Shown here in pieces: positions 1-12,520 of a stretch of 64,000 bases of DNA. The DNA is from Cycas panzhihuaensis (lineage: Eukaryota; Plantae; Cycadophyta). The notes beneath the pieces are model-generated. The model saw only the letters and a program-made list of their open reading frames with translations. It did no database searches and was not told where the DNA came from. Each line of letters begins with the position of its first letter. Within the stretch, counting starts at the first letter, position 1. Both the position numbers and the translations under genes were made by a program. The stretch lies in the NCBI GenBank assembly GCA_023213395.1, contig CM041465.1:212543741-212607740 (forward strand), given 5' to 3'.

Positions 1-199
1 CATCCTTGCATCAAAGCATTCAAATTGGAAGAGCATAAATATTCTTCTAGCTCTTATTCTTACAAGCAAGTTGTTTATTTTATTGTTTAAATAAAAAGAG
101 AAGGGATTGAGTATTCACATCTACATTACTTTATTAAAAGAAATATTTCTTGTGATTCAAAAGATTTAAGGAGATACCCTTCTTTTGTTCAAGATTGAT

Positions 200-1312
200 T
201 TGTTTATTAGAGGTTATGATTAAGTAATTACAATAGTAATGATTGAGAATAATACTAGGTTTCCTATATTTGATGGGATGATTTTTTATATTTGGAGATA
301 TATATAAAAAGTTCACTCTGTTGAAAATGACTTATAGAAAATTATAAAACATGGTTACCAAGTGAGTGAAGCTAATTTTAGAGAAAGCTTTAGAAAAGAT
401 AATGAAGCTTTAGCACTAATGTTTTGTACCATAAATGATGATGTATTCATTTATGTTAGTGATTTAACCATATCCAAATCTATATAGGATATGATAAAAT
501 TGATTTATAGGGGAGAAATTTTAAAATTAAATAAATTTAACTATATTGATGATGTGTTTCCTATGAAATAGATGGTAGAGCAAGTAAATTTTGATGAAAA
601 GACTAATATTACAAGTATTTTTAAAGATTTTAATAAGATCAATGAATACAATAATGTATTTGATAAGATTATATGTACATATGACATGATTTATTTTCAT
701 AAGGCATAAGATCAAGAAAACCAAGTCAAAGATGGAGACATTATTACTTATTTGAAGAAAGCCACGTCTATTTGGAAACCACTTAAGATACTTACTATTG
801 AAAAGATGACATTACAAGTTAATGACCACATCAAGGATGGAGACAAAACTACAAGATATGAGGTCAATCCCTTCTTCAAAGTATATCTCAATTATTTATT
901 CCATAAGCTTAAGGAGAAATTGAAGATGTACGTGATGGACATTAAGGGGGAGAATGTTGGGATTAATGCCTCTCACCTAACACCCCCACATTTGGAGCAT
1001 GTGAGTGTATACATTCTTATGGTAACCTAAGGTAAGTTTATTTTATTATGCTTTGTTATTATTTTAATGTCAAGTTATTATTTTATATTTTTTTGAATTC
1101 TAGAGGTTGAGGAGGTTTCCCTTCTGCTTCCCAAGTATATATTTTATGGGCTGTATAACCCTATGTTCTTCAATACCACCAAATAATAAAAATTAATCGT
1201 ACTCTTCACAATGGCTTAATAAAATGATGTTTTGAATATTGATCTTTAATATGGATTGAGTTATATGTAATTACCTGTTTGGCTCTCTCTCTTGCATTTT
1301 TTAATTCTAACA
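200..1312 (+). mobile_element. Copia remnant A: internally deleted (gag N-terminus fused to RNase H end), PPT and LTR
   Basis: Gag-like FPIFDG (~260) and KDNEALALMFC (~395-430) match the gag of G and H. FHKLKEKLKM at ~900-930 is a Copia RNase H C-terminus. PPT aagggggagaa at 944-954, then LTR TGTTGG...CTAACA at 955-1312. Confidence 0.7.
955..1312 (+). repeat. LTR of element A
   Basis: TG...CA termini, preceded by a PPT and followed by PBS-like ttgtatcagaagc (1313-1325). Confidence 0.7.
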
Positions 1313-3769
1313 TTGTATCAGAAGCTATTAGACATCTAATTTCTAATAGTCTAGTTTTTTTATTATAGAATCTAGCTCAACATCCATGGATCTTCTCCAC
1401 TCAATATGTTTTTTTACTTCAGTAAATGATTGTGGTTCTACATGGATAAATAAGGCTTTTAGTTTTTGACTTCTTATTCTATGGGGAAGTATTTCACCTT
1501 TATCTCCCTCTATAGTTTTGAGGTACTACTTAGGAACCCTCTTTTCCCTTTTGCCTTCTTTAGTCCTTAATTGATTTGGGGAGACTTCTTCATCCTCTAG
1601 AGTAGAGTTTGAGTGAGAACCTTGAGGTGAAATAGGCTCTTCTAAAATATCTTCTAAAGTTATGCTAGATTCTTCTTCTGTAGGAGTAATTGGAGGAGCT
1701 ATCTAAGATGCTTTCTCTATCATTTGAATTTAACTTGTACTTTCTTCTTTATCTTCTTCATTAAAAATAACATCTCAACTTATATATACTTTATTTATTT
1801 TTGGATCTATGAACTTTTAGGCCTTGGAATTTTTGCTATATCTAACCATAATGCATTCTGAATGTTTTGAATCTAGATTTGTTCTTTTTTTATTTGGTAT
1901 ATGGACAAAGGCTTGGCTACTAAATACTTTTAGGTGATTTATATCTGGTTTCCTTGTAGTCTATGTTTCCTCTAGAGTAGGATGATCTACTACCTTGGTT
2001 AGACTCCTATTCAATAAGTAGCAAGCCGTGATAACTACTTCAACCCAATATATTTTTGGAATATTTTTTCCATGCATCATACTGCGAGTCATATCCATGA
2101 TGACTCTATTTTTTCTTTTGTACTACCCCATTAGATTAGGGTGTGTATGGAGTTATGAACTACCTTTGTATTCTATTAGCTTTGCAATATTCCAAGAAAT
2201 TTTTGGAGATGTATTTACCTCCACCATTGGATCTTATACATTTAATTTTAGCATCAACCTCTAGTTTAGTTTCAGCTTTGAATTTTTTGAATACATCAAA
2301 GACCTCTGATTTAGTATGCAAGAAGTAAATCTAGATTTTCCTAGTTAAATCATCTATGAAGGTAATGAAGTATCTACTTCCATTGATGATTAGTATGGAC
2401 TAGCTCTAATTTTTCCTATGCTTTCCATTTACTTTTAGGGAATGGATGCTTGTATTATTTGTTGGACTGGTAACTTTCATATACAAAATTACTTGATGTG
2501 ATTGGAGGCAAACCAATTACTAGACCTTTCTTCTCTATATTTTTTAATTTTTCCATGGGAATATGACCATACTTCAAATGCCACATCTTATCATTATGGC
2601 TCACTGTAGTACAAGATTTTACATCAGGCAAAATAGGATGTGATAACATCCTATATAGGTAATTACTTTCAACCCTTTATGTAATTACATGGCCATTATT
2701 TTTCATGTCAAGGATATAATAGAACATTTTTTCATCAAATATTGTACTTAACCCCTTTTTTTAAAATTAGGAAATAGACAGTAAGTTCTTTTTTAAACCA
2801 AACACAAAAAGTGAATTTCTAATTTTTTAAACCTTGTCTTTTATTTTGATGGCAATGGTTCCAACTCCTTTAATTTCAAGGGAGTATTTATCTCCTAATT
2901 CCACTAATTTGTTAGAAGTGTATGGTTGCAGGTTTTCAAACTATTCTTCTCAATTGGTTATATGGTGTGATGCTCTTAAGTCAATGTACAATATATCCTT
3001 GTCTTGGAGGCTTGCTGCTAGGGCAACGATGAAGGTTATTTCCTCCTCTTCATCATCATCATCACTAGTCTATTCCTTATTATAGTTCCCTATTGTCCAT
3101 TTCCCTCTATCAATGTTTGCTTTCTTGCATTAGTATGGAAAGTGTCCTAATTGGCCATAATGATAACACACATCAAATACCCTATAAGAACTATCAAAAC
3201 AACCAATCTTATCGTAACTATAATAGATCCTTTAAGTAATACTTTGGCCTTGTCCTCTTATATCTTGCCAATAGTCTCGTGATAGAGCATGACCTTTAGG
3301 AGTTCTTTCTTTTCCTCTACTACGTCCTCTAAATCCTAGGTTTAATCAAAAGGCAAAAGCATCCTTAAATATTTTGTTTCTTTGCTCTTGTCTTAATAGT
3401 AATCTTATAAGAGTGTCCATTATCATTATTGCTATTTGATCAATATTAGTGATGGTGTTTATCAACATATCAAATGATTTGGGTAATTTACTAACGACAA
3501 GTTCCACTAACTTTGATTTATAACTAGAGCACCAACACTTGAAATATTATTCCTTAGTGAAATTACTTTATACACAAAATTAGTGTTAATTTTAGACTCC
3601 TTTATGTGGAGTTTAAATAGTTCTTCTTTTAAGGCTATTATCCAAGCCTTGTTCTTTTGTCTATACAAGTTCTTTAGGCATTTCCAAATACATGTAGTTA
3701 GAGTACAAAATTTTAACATATATAAGAAGTGGATAAAAAATTAATAATTTTAATATTATAACCCTTGTA

Positions 3770-4095
3770 CTATCTTGTTCTTCCCAACTGGTTTGATCAA
3801 GCCCAGTGTCCTTAAGTTTGGCTTCAATCCCTATTATAATTCTCTAAGCATTTTTTGCTCTAAGAAGGGTCTCTATCTTTATTTTCTAAATATGATAGTT
3901 GGTATCAATGAGCTTATCATTATTAGATAGAGCTATCTTGTTCTTTCCAACTAGTTTGATCATGCCCAATGTCCTTAAGTTTGGCTTCAATCCTTGTTGT
4001 AATTCTCTAAGCATTTTTTACTCTAAGAAGGGTCTTTATCTTTATTTTCCAAATATGATAGTTGGTATCAGTGAGCTTATCATTATTAGATAGAG
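3770..4095. repeat. 163-bp tandem duplication within gag of B
   Basis: 3770-3932 and 3933-4095 both run ctatcttgttct...cattattagatagag. Confidence 0.9.
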
Positions 4096-4826
4096 CTAAG
4101 ATAGAAGATACAATAGTATGGATTTCGGTATGGTACCTAAATGGTATAGATGGAATTAAGACCTATCTCAAATAAAAGGTCTTAATAAGTAGATTAGAGA
4201 TCTAAAATTATTTTTTTGAAATAATTTATAATCTAGAAGAAAAATGGCCTGAAATCTCTAAAGGGGCAACTAGGGCTTTTCACTATTTTACAAAAATCTC
4301 AAAAAATCTTCAATGAAAAACTTTAAGAGATCATTCACTAGAATTGTATGCTCTAAATAAAAGATTTTGGATAAGGTTTACCTGGAGATCTGATCAGATT
4401 TTAATGAAATCTTCATATTTCTTTCTAAACCCATGTAACTAGTAAAGGACCAAAACCCCTTTCAAATAACCTCATATCACTTTGATGTAGAAGAAGTAAA
4501 TGTAGAGGACATCGAGATCTTTGATCTAGGTGAGTTTTATTAAATTCTAAGACCTTGAACATTTTGAGTCGGTATGACTATATGGTTATGTATAGGAAAT
4601 TCTATACCCTTCTGGTACTTGCTTTCTTCTCTACTTCTGCTTTGCTTGAGGTCTTCTTATCTTCCTCTTACACTCCTTCTAGTGATTACTTCCTCCTTTA
4701 CTTTTGTTTCATTTGAATTCCTCTATCTTTCTCCTCTATAACTTGTCTTGAAATTGTACATGTCTTTCTTTCTCAATTTCATAGAGACACTCTCTCAATT
4801 AGGTAGAATGACCTACTCTGATATCA

Positions 4827-5027
4827 TGTTAGAATGATAATACAAAGATAGATGAAGAATGATTGATTATCATTATTCACAGCTTAAGTGATTAAATACA
4901 ATTAGGGTTTATAACTCCCCTTGAACCAACTTGTAACTAAAATACATATGAGTGATATGTGTCTTGTTGGTTACATAAAGATACATACATTAACCTATGA
5001 CATTAGATAAAACATTACATTCTAATA
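4827..5027 (-). repeat. 5' LTR of element B (~200 bp)
   Basis: 10-bp terminal inverted repeat with one mismatch; adjacent PBS. Confidence 0.75.
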
Positions 5028-6479
5028 ATTAGTAGGGTGTTTGATCTTGTATACCTTTCCAATACTTTAGATTATAACCTTGGCTATCTAACTTGTGAGC
5101 CTAGGTTGACGACAAGCAAAATATTTCTATTTATAAGATTACGTGGAGGCATAGCCACTTCGAATGTTGGTACATACATAGTCAACTACCCTTTAACTCC
5201 ACATTGGTTTATTCTAACTTTTACCCTCTCTTCCTTCAAGGAGGGGAGGCTTCTAGTGAGTTGTGATCTCCATTGATCCATGCGCATTACAAACATTGGT
5301 GACTATATTAGGGAAGTACTATAAGTACTTCCTTGTGACTAGACTTTTATCTCCTCTTTATATCACACTTTTACATCTTACTTTTAGACTTCACTACTAT
5401 ACCTCTCATTTTATTATCATTCCATTTATAGAATGATAAATAAAAATAAATCCCTCACTTACTTTTACAATGGCTAAATGGTTAAATAGGCTCTAAGAGT
5501 ATCATCTAGGACACTTTAATTTAGCTTCCTTGCATTGCATCCATAGGAATCAAGACATTTGAGGACGTTAACCCTAGAATCAATATGGTTTTATAATCCC
5601 CTTTAGACATAACTTGGAGTTTCTTTTACATAAGATCAATGTTAGAAAACTTCCCTATAGTTGAATTAACTTATCTCCCTAGCCTGGGCTAAATAAACTT
5701 GGGTGCATCTTAGTCCTAAGAGATTAAACAATCCACCTATAACTTGATCTTAGAGTAGTTTTGTTGTGTTCTTACATCTTAAGCTAAATACTATCTTTAA
5801 ATAGAATTCAAAAGGATTAAAATAATTAAAGCATTATTGTATTCATGCATTTAAAGGAAAATTATTGACTTCAAATATAATTAAAAATGATTAAAATAAT
5901 TAAAGTTAGCCACTATATAAAATCTTGCTCATTAGACTTTAGAATCATGAGTTTATTTTGATTTGGAATTTAGTCCTTTAGGTACCTTTGGGGTCGATGA
6001 TATTTTCATTGTAATTTAAGAATTTTATTTTTCATTTTAGTTTTGGGTTCATCATAGGTTCAAGTTCATAATATTTTTGTACATAAGGATTTATGTTCTT
6101 TCTTACGTGCAAGCTAAAGTGTCTACATTGTATCCCTTGATTATATAATCTATTATGCTAGTCCCTTACCACATGACACTAACATCAACTATTGCATCTC
6201 ATACCACACATATAACTCATTGTCCAGTTTCTTAAGCCACTACTTTACCATTGAGTCAAAACCTATCTAGTGTCACTAGAGTGGCATCGATCTACTCAAT
6301 TACCTTAGCATTCATCTCTCATACAACTGTAAGTATTGCCACAACCCCTTCTCAAGGGCACACTTCCTCTATTCCACCATGGAACCAATCTATTACTCTT
6401 GAACATTGACTCACACCTCAAACTACATCATGTCGTATATCAGTAAGTACTCTTATCTAGGATGTATAAGTAGGACCTA

Positions 6480-6775
6480 TTGCCATTAACTACATACCTT
6501 ATTTTCTCTTTTGAGCATAGTCAATGCTCTCAAGAGTTGTATCTCTATTTCCAACCCCATTCTCCAATTGACTTAGGGAGAAAACCTATAACCAAGGGGA
6601 CCTTACAATCATCCCTTTATGTCTTTCTTAGTTACAGGTGTATATCCCCTGGTCGAAGGTGGTTTATATGTCTATAACACTACTCTTCAACTAGTCACCC
6701 CCACCCCATAAGCTTTGAACATGGGACCTCATATGGTCTAGCCAAGTACTAGTCAACCTCAACATCTCCCATATT
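6480..6775 (-). mobile_element. Possible degenerate tRNA-derived SINE-like fragment
   Basis: The minus strand reads gaccatatgaggtcccatgttcaaagc, resembling a tRNA T-arm/B-box in a GC-richer island. No clear A-box or TSD. Confidence 0.25.
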
Positions 6776-6829
6776 CTCATGCTTGTTATGCTTCATCAAG
6801 AGGGATGCTTAACTTCAACACATCGATAC

Positions 6830-7340
6830 CTAGCCTAACCCTAACCTAAATCTATTAAACCTAATTTATAATCAAAATCTACTTAACTTAAGCCATAATC
6901 TAGTACCTAACCTTACTAATCTCTAAACCCACCTAGCCACTTAACCTAATATACTCAACCTAACACCTAAATTACTACTTAGCTTATCCTAATACCCAAA
7001 CTTAATTACTTAACTAAAATTTCTCTATCCTAAATTCTATACATAATTACCAACTCACATCTACTTAGGGTAAACCCTAAATATGGTAAACCACTAAGTA
7101 AACATTATAATACTTAACCCTAACAACCCAACTAGAATATACCTAACCTAAATCCTAACTTAACTAATATAAACCCCAACACACTACCTAACCGCTAACC
7201 TAAGTGTACTTAGCCTAAGCCCTAATATCAAACCTAACTAGAACCTAAACCTAGCTTAAGACTTAGACTAAATTCTAACCTACCCTTCTCCCTAACTTTA
7301 TGACCTTTGGTAAACTTTAACCTACACTTACTTAGCCTTG
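6830..7340 (+). repeat. Degenerate telomere-like (CCCTAA/CCTAA) simple repeat tract
   Basis: Recurrent cctaa, accctaa and aacctaa units with strong G depletion on the + strand; taaaccctaaa at 7071-7081. Confidence 0.7.
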
Positions 7341-7797
7341 ATCCACTAAGCTAGGTGACACTCTTAATTAATCCAACACATATTATAAATGATAAGTAAA
7401 GTAAGAAACATTTAAGATCCATGAGGTGGCATGCAAATAAACATCTTTCTATTTCTTTTGCTTGGATTTATTTTAGAATAAAAATATGATAAATGACAAG
7501 GGTAGGCATACAAAACAATAAGCAAAGATATAATACAAATTATGGAAAGGTTCATTACACATAGATTTCTTTAAGTAGACATACTTGAATTGACTTTTCT
7601 CTCAATATCTCACTGAGTTAGTAATACAAGGAAGCATGCATGGTGGTTGAGATGGTATTGTTTAATTGGGATTCCACCTTACAAACTTGAGTCTATAAGT
7701 GATACAATGGATACATATGGGTGGTGATTATCACGGGTTGATCCTTTGGTAAATTAAAGAGTAAAAAGGATACTGACATAGGTTTTGACATAATTAC

Positions 7798-8249
7798 TAT
7801 TAGAGAGAGGGTTAAAAATCATTTACATACACAGAATATATTATTAAAATAAAATATAAAATATCATCATAAGAGTATCACAAGAAACTTGATATAGACA
7901 GGTGGAAAAACCCCTTAGTGGGGATTAAAAATCAACTTCAAATAATAGATATATACTATTAATAATAAAATATATTACAGGTGTGAGGAACTTATCCATC
8001 CTCTTGACAATGCTAGCCTAGCCTATGCATAACCTTCACCTCACCAGATAAACTCTAACCAACCTAACCAACCTCCTAGAATCTAAGAGGAGATTTATAA
8101 GGAAGATAAAATGTTTGTTGAAATGAGTAGTTTGCCATTTCAACGAACTACATAATTAGGTATAGTATAGTAACATTAATATAATAATATTTACAAAGAT
8201 AATATTATTACAAGATGGCTTTAATGAAGGAGATAATATTATTCTAACA
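7798..8249 (-). repeat. 3' LTR of element C (452 bp)
   Basis: Aligns to 14533-14732 plus 19187-19425; ends tattag.../...ctaaca. Confidence 0.92.
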
Positions 8250-8300
8250 TCCCCCTTTAACATTATCTTTTATACAATAGATGATATAGAAGATAGAAGA

Positions 8301-8342
8301 AAGAAGAAGAAGAAGAAGAAGAAGAAGAAGAAGAAGAAGAAG
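8301..8342. repeat. (AAG)n microsatellite in the 3' UTR of C
   Basis: About 14 uninterrupted AAG units. Confidence 0.95.
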
Positions 8343-8379
8343 ACTTCAACATGGTTATCTCCCTTTGATGAAGACTTTT

Positions 8380-11300
8380 TTAATCTTTAACAAATCTTAA
8401 AGTTTAACAAACTTTACTTCTGTCAATGACTTTATAAGAATATTTGTAATCTATAAATATGTAGAATAATAAAATGGATTAATAATATTATGATTTACAA
8501 GATTTTGTATAAAATGCTAATGTAATTCTATATATTTTGTCTTAGAATATGTAACAAGATTAGTAGCAATAGATATTGCACCTTGATTATCAATATAAAT
8601 TTTAATAGAAGAGCTAGAAATAAACCAAGATCCCTTAATAAAGATTTAATCCAAAGTGCTTGTTTACTTACCATTATTCGATATTCAACTTTAGTTGTTG
8701 ATAAAACTAATACTTACATTTTCTTATTAGACCAAGTGATAGGTGAGAAATTAAGAAAGAAAATATAACCAACAATATATTTTTTATTATTAGAATCTCC
8801 TACCCAATCAAAATCTATATATCTTATTAATTTTATGTTAGTATTATAGAAGTTGTATGTTAAACTATGATAAATTATACTTTGAAGATATTATAGGATT
8901 CATTTGGTTGCTTTCTAATATGATTCATGAGGCATTTGCATATATATGGAATATAGAGCAACAACATAGGATATGTTTGGATGGGTATAGGTTAAATAAA
9001 TTAAACTACCTATGAATTAATGATATAAGGTAGGTTCACATGGTAGGGAAGGATAATCAATTATTAATTTTATACCTGATTATAAGGGTATAGGAGCTAC
9101 TTTGGTATCGCCTATATTAAATCTTGTTATTAGTTCAATAATATATTTTGGTTGAGAAATAGTGATTTTTAAATCTTACTGACAAATTTGTAAACCTAAA
9201 AAATAGTGTAACAGACCTAAGTCTATCATTTCAAACTTATTCATTATAATTAATTTTAGCTAAAGAATATAAGAAAGTAAAGAACTAGTTACTATAATAT
9301 CATCTATATAGAGAATTAAAATAGTGATATTATTATCTTATCTTTGAAAGTAAAGATTAGTATCACTAATATACTTAGTATATCTATTTTATAAAAGATA
9401 GCCATCGATTTTAGTATACCAAGCTTGAGGAGTTTGTTTAAGACTATAGAAATTTTTTTTAAATTTACAAACAAGACTATGATTACTTATAAAACCAAGA
9501 GGTTGTTTTATATAGATTTCTTCTTTAAGGTTTCCATTTAGAAAGGCACTCTTTACATCCATTTGATGAATATTCCAACCAAATTTTGTTGTTAAAGCTA
9601 TAATGGTTTTTATGGTGTACATCTTGGCAATAGGGGTAAAAGTTTTGGTATAGTTAATACTGTCAACTTGTGAAAAACCTTTGCCTACTAAATGAGCTTT
9701 ATGTTTTTAAACAACTTCTTCTGAATTATACCTAGTTTGATAAACCCACTTACAGTGTACCAAATTCTTACCAGGAGGTAAAGGAACTAAATCCTATGTT
9801 GAATTATTTTTTAGAGCATTAATTTCAACTTGCATGGTTTATTTCTATATTAGATTAATACTTGTTTCTTTAAATGTTTTAGGATCATCGTTAGCCATAA
9901 CTTTGGCCATTGGGGTAAAATTTTTCTGAAGTTTTTAGGAACATGTTCTTTTAGTATCTAAAGGATTACCATCATCAGAACTAGTATTAGAAAGGGTTTT
10001 CTAAGTCCAGGTAGGATGTTTACTATTGTTAGGTGGTTATTTAGGAGAAATAGGCAAATTAGATATAAATGAGGTTGAGGTAATTGGTTCATTTAAGGTC
10101 CAATTTTGGACTTGAGTAGAGAAGGATTCAATTACTTTAGGGTCAACTTATTTTTTAGAGGGGTTAACTAAATAAGTGTTAGTTAATAAGTTTTTCGCTA
10201 GTAATTCAACATAAGAAGTGTTTGATGAAGAACCTTCTTGATTAAATACAACATCATGCAAGATTAAAATCTTATACATGATTAGTTTTAGAATTCTATA
10301 AGCTTTACTTTCCTTGCTATAACCAATGAACATATATTTAAAACTTTTGGGATCAAGTTTTTATTATTTTTCTTTGAGAATAGCCCCCAAGCAATGCTTG
10401 CAAAGATTCTTAGGTATTTAATAGAAGGTTAATGACCAGACCATTTTTGTACTAATATGAAATTCTATAAAGACTTACTTAGTAAATGATTCAAGAGGTA
10501 GTTAGAGTAAGAAACTACTTTTGCCCATAACTTTAAGTCAAGACCTTTTGCATGTAGCAACATAATTTTGTTGAGAAGTATAAACTATAAAATATTAAAA
10601 TCATATTTTGTGCTTCTTATAGTAAGAGCTAAACTTATTGCTTAGGTATTACTTAGCATTATTAGACCTAAAGATTTTAATTTTAAAGCTAGTTTGATTT
10701 TTAATTAAGGTTTTAAATTCAATAAAGATGTTAAATACTTGATTCCTTGTTTTTAACATGTACACCCAATATTTTTTAGAAAAATCATTGATGAAGATAA
10801 CAAATATTTACTTCAAGAGTACGGGTATATTTGGAATAGACCACAGATATTAGAATGAACAAGTTCAAGTTGAGATTTTACTTAAAAATAAGTGTGATGG
10901 GGAAAATGATCCATGTGTTGTTTGCATATAACACAGGCTTGATAAATTCCATAGATAGTATTTAGGGGGGATAAACCATAAACCATATTATGCTTACTTA
11001 AATATTGAAGTTTGTCATAGCTTGTATGGCCAAACCAACATGATATAACTTACTGATAGTGTCAGATTTTGCTATAAAGATGTTGAAGGTTTTAGTTTTA
11101 GAATGTTAAATATTTATTAGATTATAAAAACCTATTTTGTGATCAATAGGTCCTGAAGTAATTGATTTGAATTTATTCAATGGTTGTTTGATAATAAACT
11201 TATCTTTTTAGAATTCGACAACAAGGTCTTTCTAGCAGATTTGGTATACTGAAAGGAGATTTGGTAAAAAACTAGGAATGCATAATACACTCTTAATTGA

Positions 11301-12520
11301 ACTATTTTTCAAAGGAACATCTCATGTTCCTTTGAATTTCAGTTGAGATCCACTCCCAAAATAGATTTCTTCTTCAGAGTTAGGATTAGATTGGTAGGAA
11401 TTCATGTATTCTTAATGTCCCATCATATGATAGGAAGCACCATAATCAAGAATCTACAATAATGGCTATATGGATGGAGTTGAAAAAAATAAAGTTGTGG
11501 TAGTTAGAGAATGATTAGGTTTATAAGATCATGACCAGATCCCCTTAGAGGATTTCTAGGTTTATAAGGTAATTCTACTCGTATAGATATTAATGGTGTA
11601 CCTTTCTTTATGAAAATAAGTACAACTGATTATCTGATTAGAGTTAGGAGTAATAGTATTCTATTTTTGGAATGATTATTTAGTGTTATTTTGGTTTTTA
11701 TATGGTTAAGAATATTTGTTATTTTGATTATGATTATTTATAAAAGATGAGGAAGAAGAACCTCTATGAGGTTTTTAAAACTTGGGATTATTATTGTGAT
11801 TACTTTAGAAGTTATTTTGTTTAAATGTATTTGTAGGTTTAGACTTGGAAAACAAAGCCTATGAAGGATCTTATAGTTTTCTAGTTTAATTAACATATTT
11901 TAATAATTAATTAGTTGATTTGTTAGCTAATTGAAGGTGATTTTTGGGAAATTAGCATGATGTCTAGCAAATTTAAAGAGATTAAAATATTTAGGTAACT
12001 TATTTATGGCAAGGTAGACAAGTATTTTATCATCTTTAGCATAGGTAATAATTTTAGTTTTATTGTCTACTTTAGTTGAGGACTTTATACAATTACCTAG
12101 ATCCTTATTAATGAGTTGAATTTTTGGTAAAAAATCCTTAACTTTGGAAAAATCATCAAAATTTAAGTCATACAACTATTATTCTAAGAGAGCTAGTTAA
12201 TGCTTATCAATTTTATCATATTTTTCATTGAGAGTTTGCCAGACATATGTAAGTTCATTTATTTTAAAAAACTGGCTGTTGATATCTGGTAAAAGAAAGT
12301 TTATGATGGTGCCAAGGGCTCCGTTATAGTTTATCAGATAGACCATATAAGCTTCTAACTTTGCATCATCAAGTTTCTTAAATTCTCCTATTACATATTG
12401 CCAGATCTTTTGTTAAGAGCTTGGGATATTTTAAGTTTCTAATTGGCATAGTTTGAGCTAATTAATACTAGAATTGAGGAATTAAGGAATAGGAGGTTGT
12501 CCCTAGCATAAGTTCCATTA
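8380..12520 (-). pseudogene. Disrupted gag-pol of Copia C (gag-PR-INT-RT-RNase H order)
   Basis: RT HQMDVKSAFLNGNLKEEIY (ORF 9389-9622); integrase C-terminal MFIGYSKESKAYR (10148-10333); protease ILDYGASYHM ~11425-11455; gag fragment ORF 11927-12175. Confidence 0.9.

Larger units (their letters stand above)
1326..5027 (-). mobile_element. Ty1/Copia element B, truncated at the start of RT
   Basis: 5' LTR 4827-5027 with inverted ends tgttagaatg/cattctaata, and degenerate Met-PBS at 4815-4826. Gag remnants 3100-4100 with CCHC knuckle ~3125-3175; protease YIDLRASHHI ~2960-2990; GAG-pre-integrase MWHLKYGHI (ORF 2455-2649); integrase ~1750-2400; EPQSF/EWRRSM RT start ~1380-1450. Confidence 0.85.
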
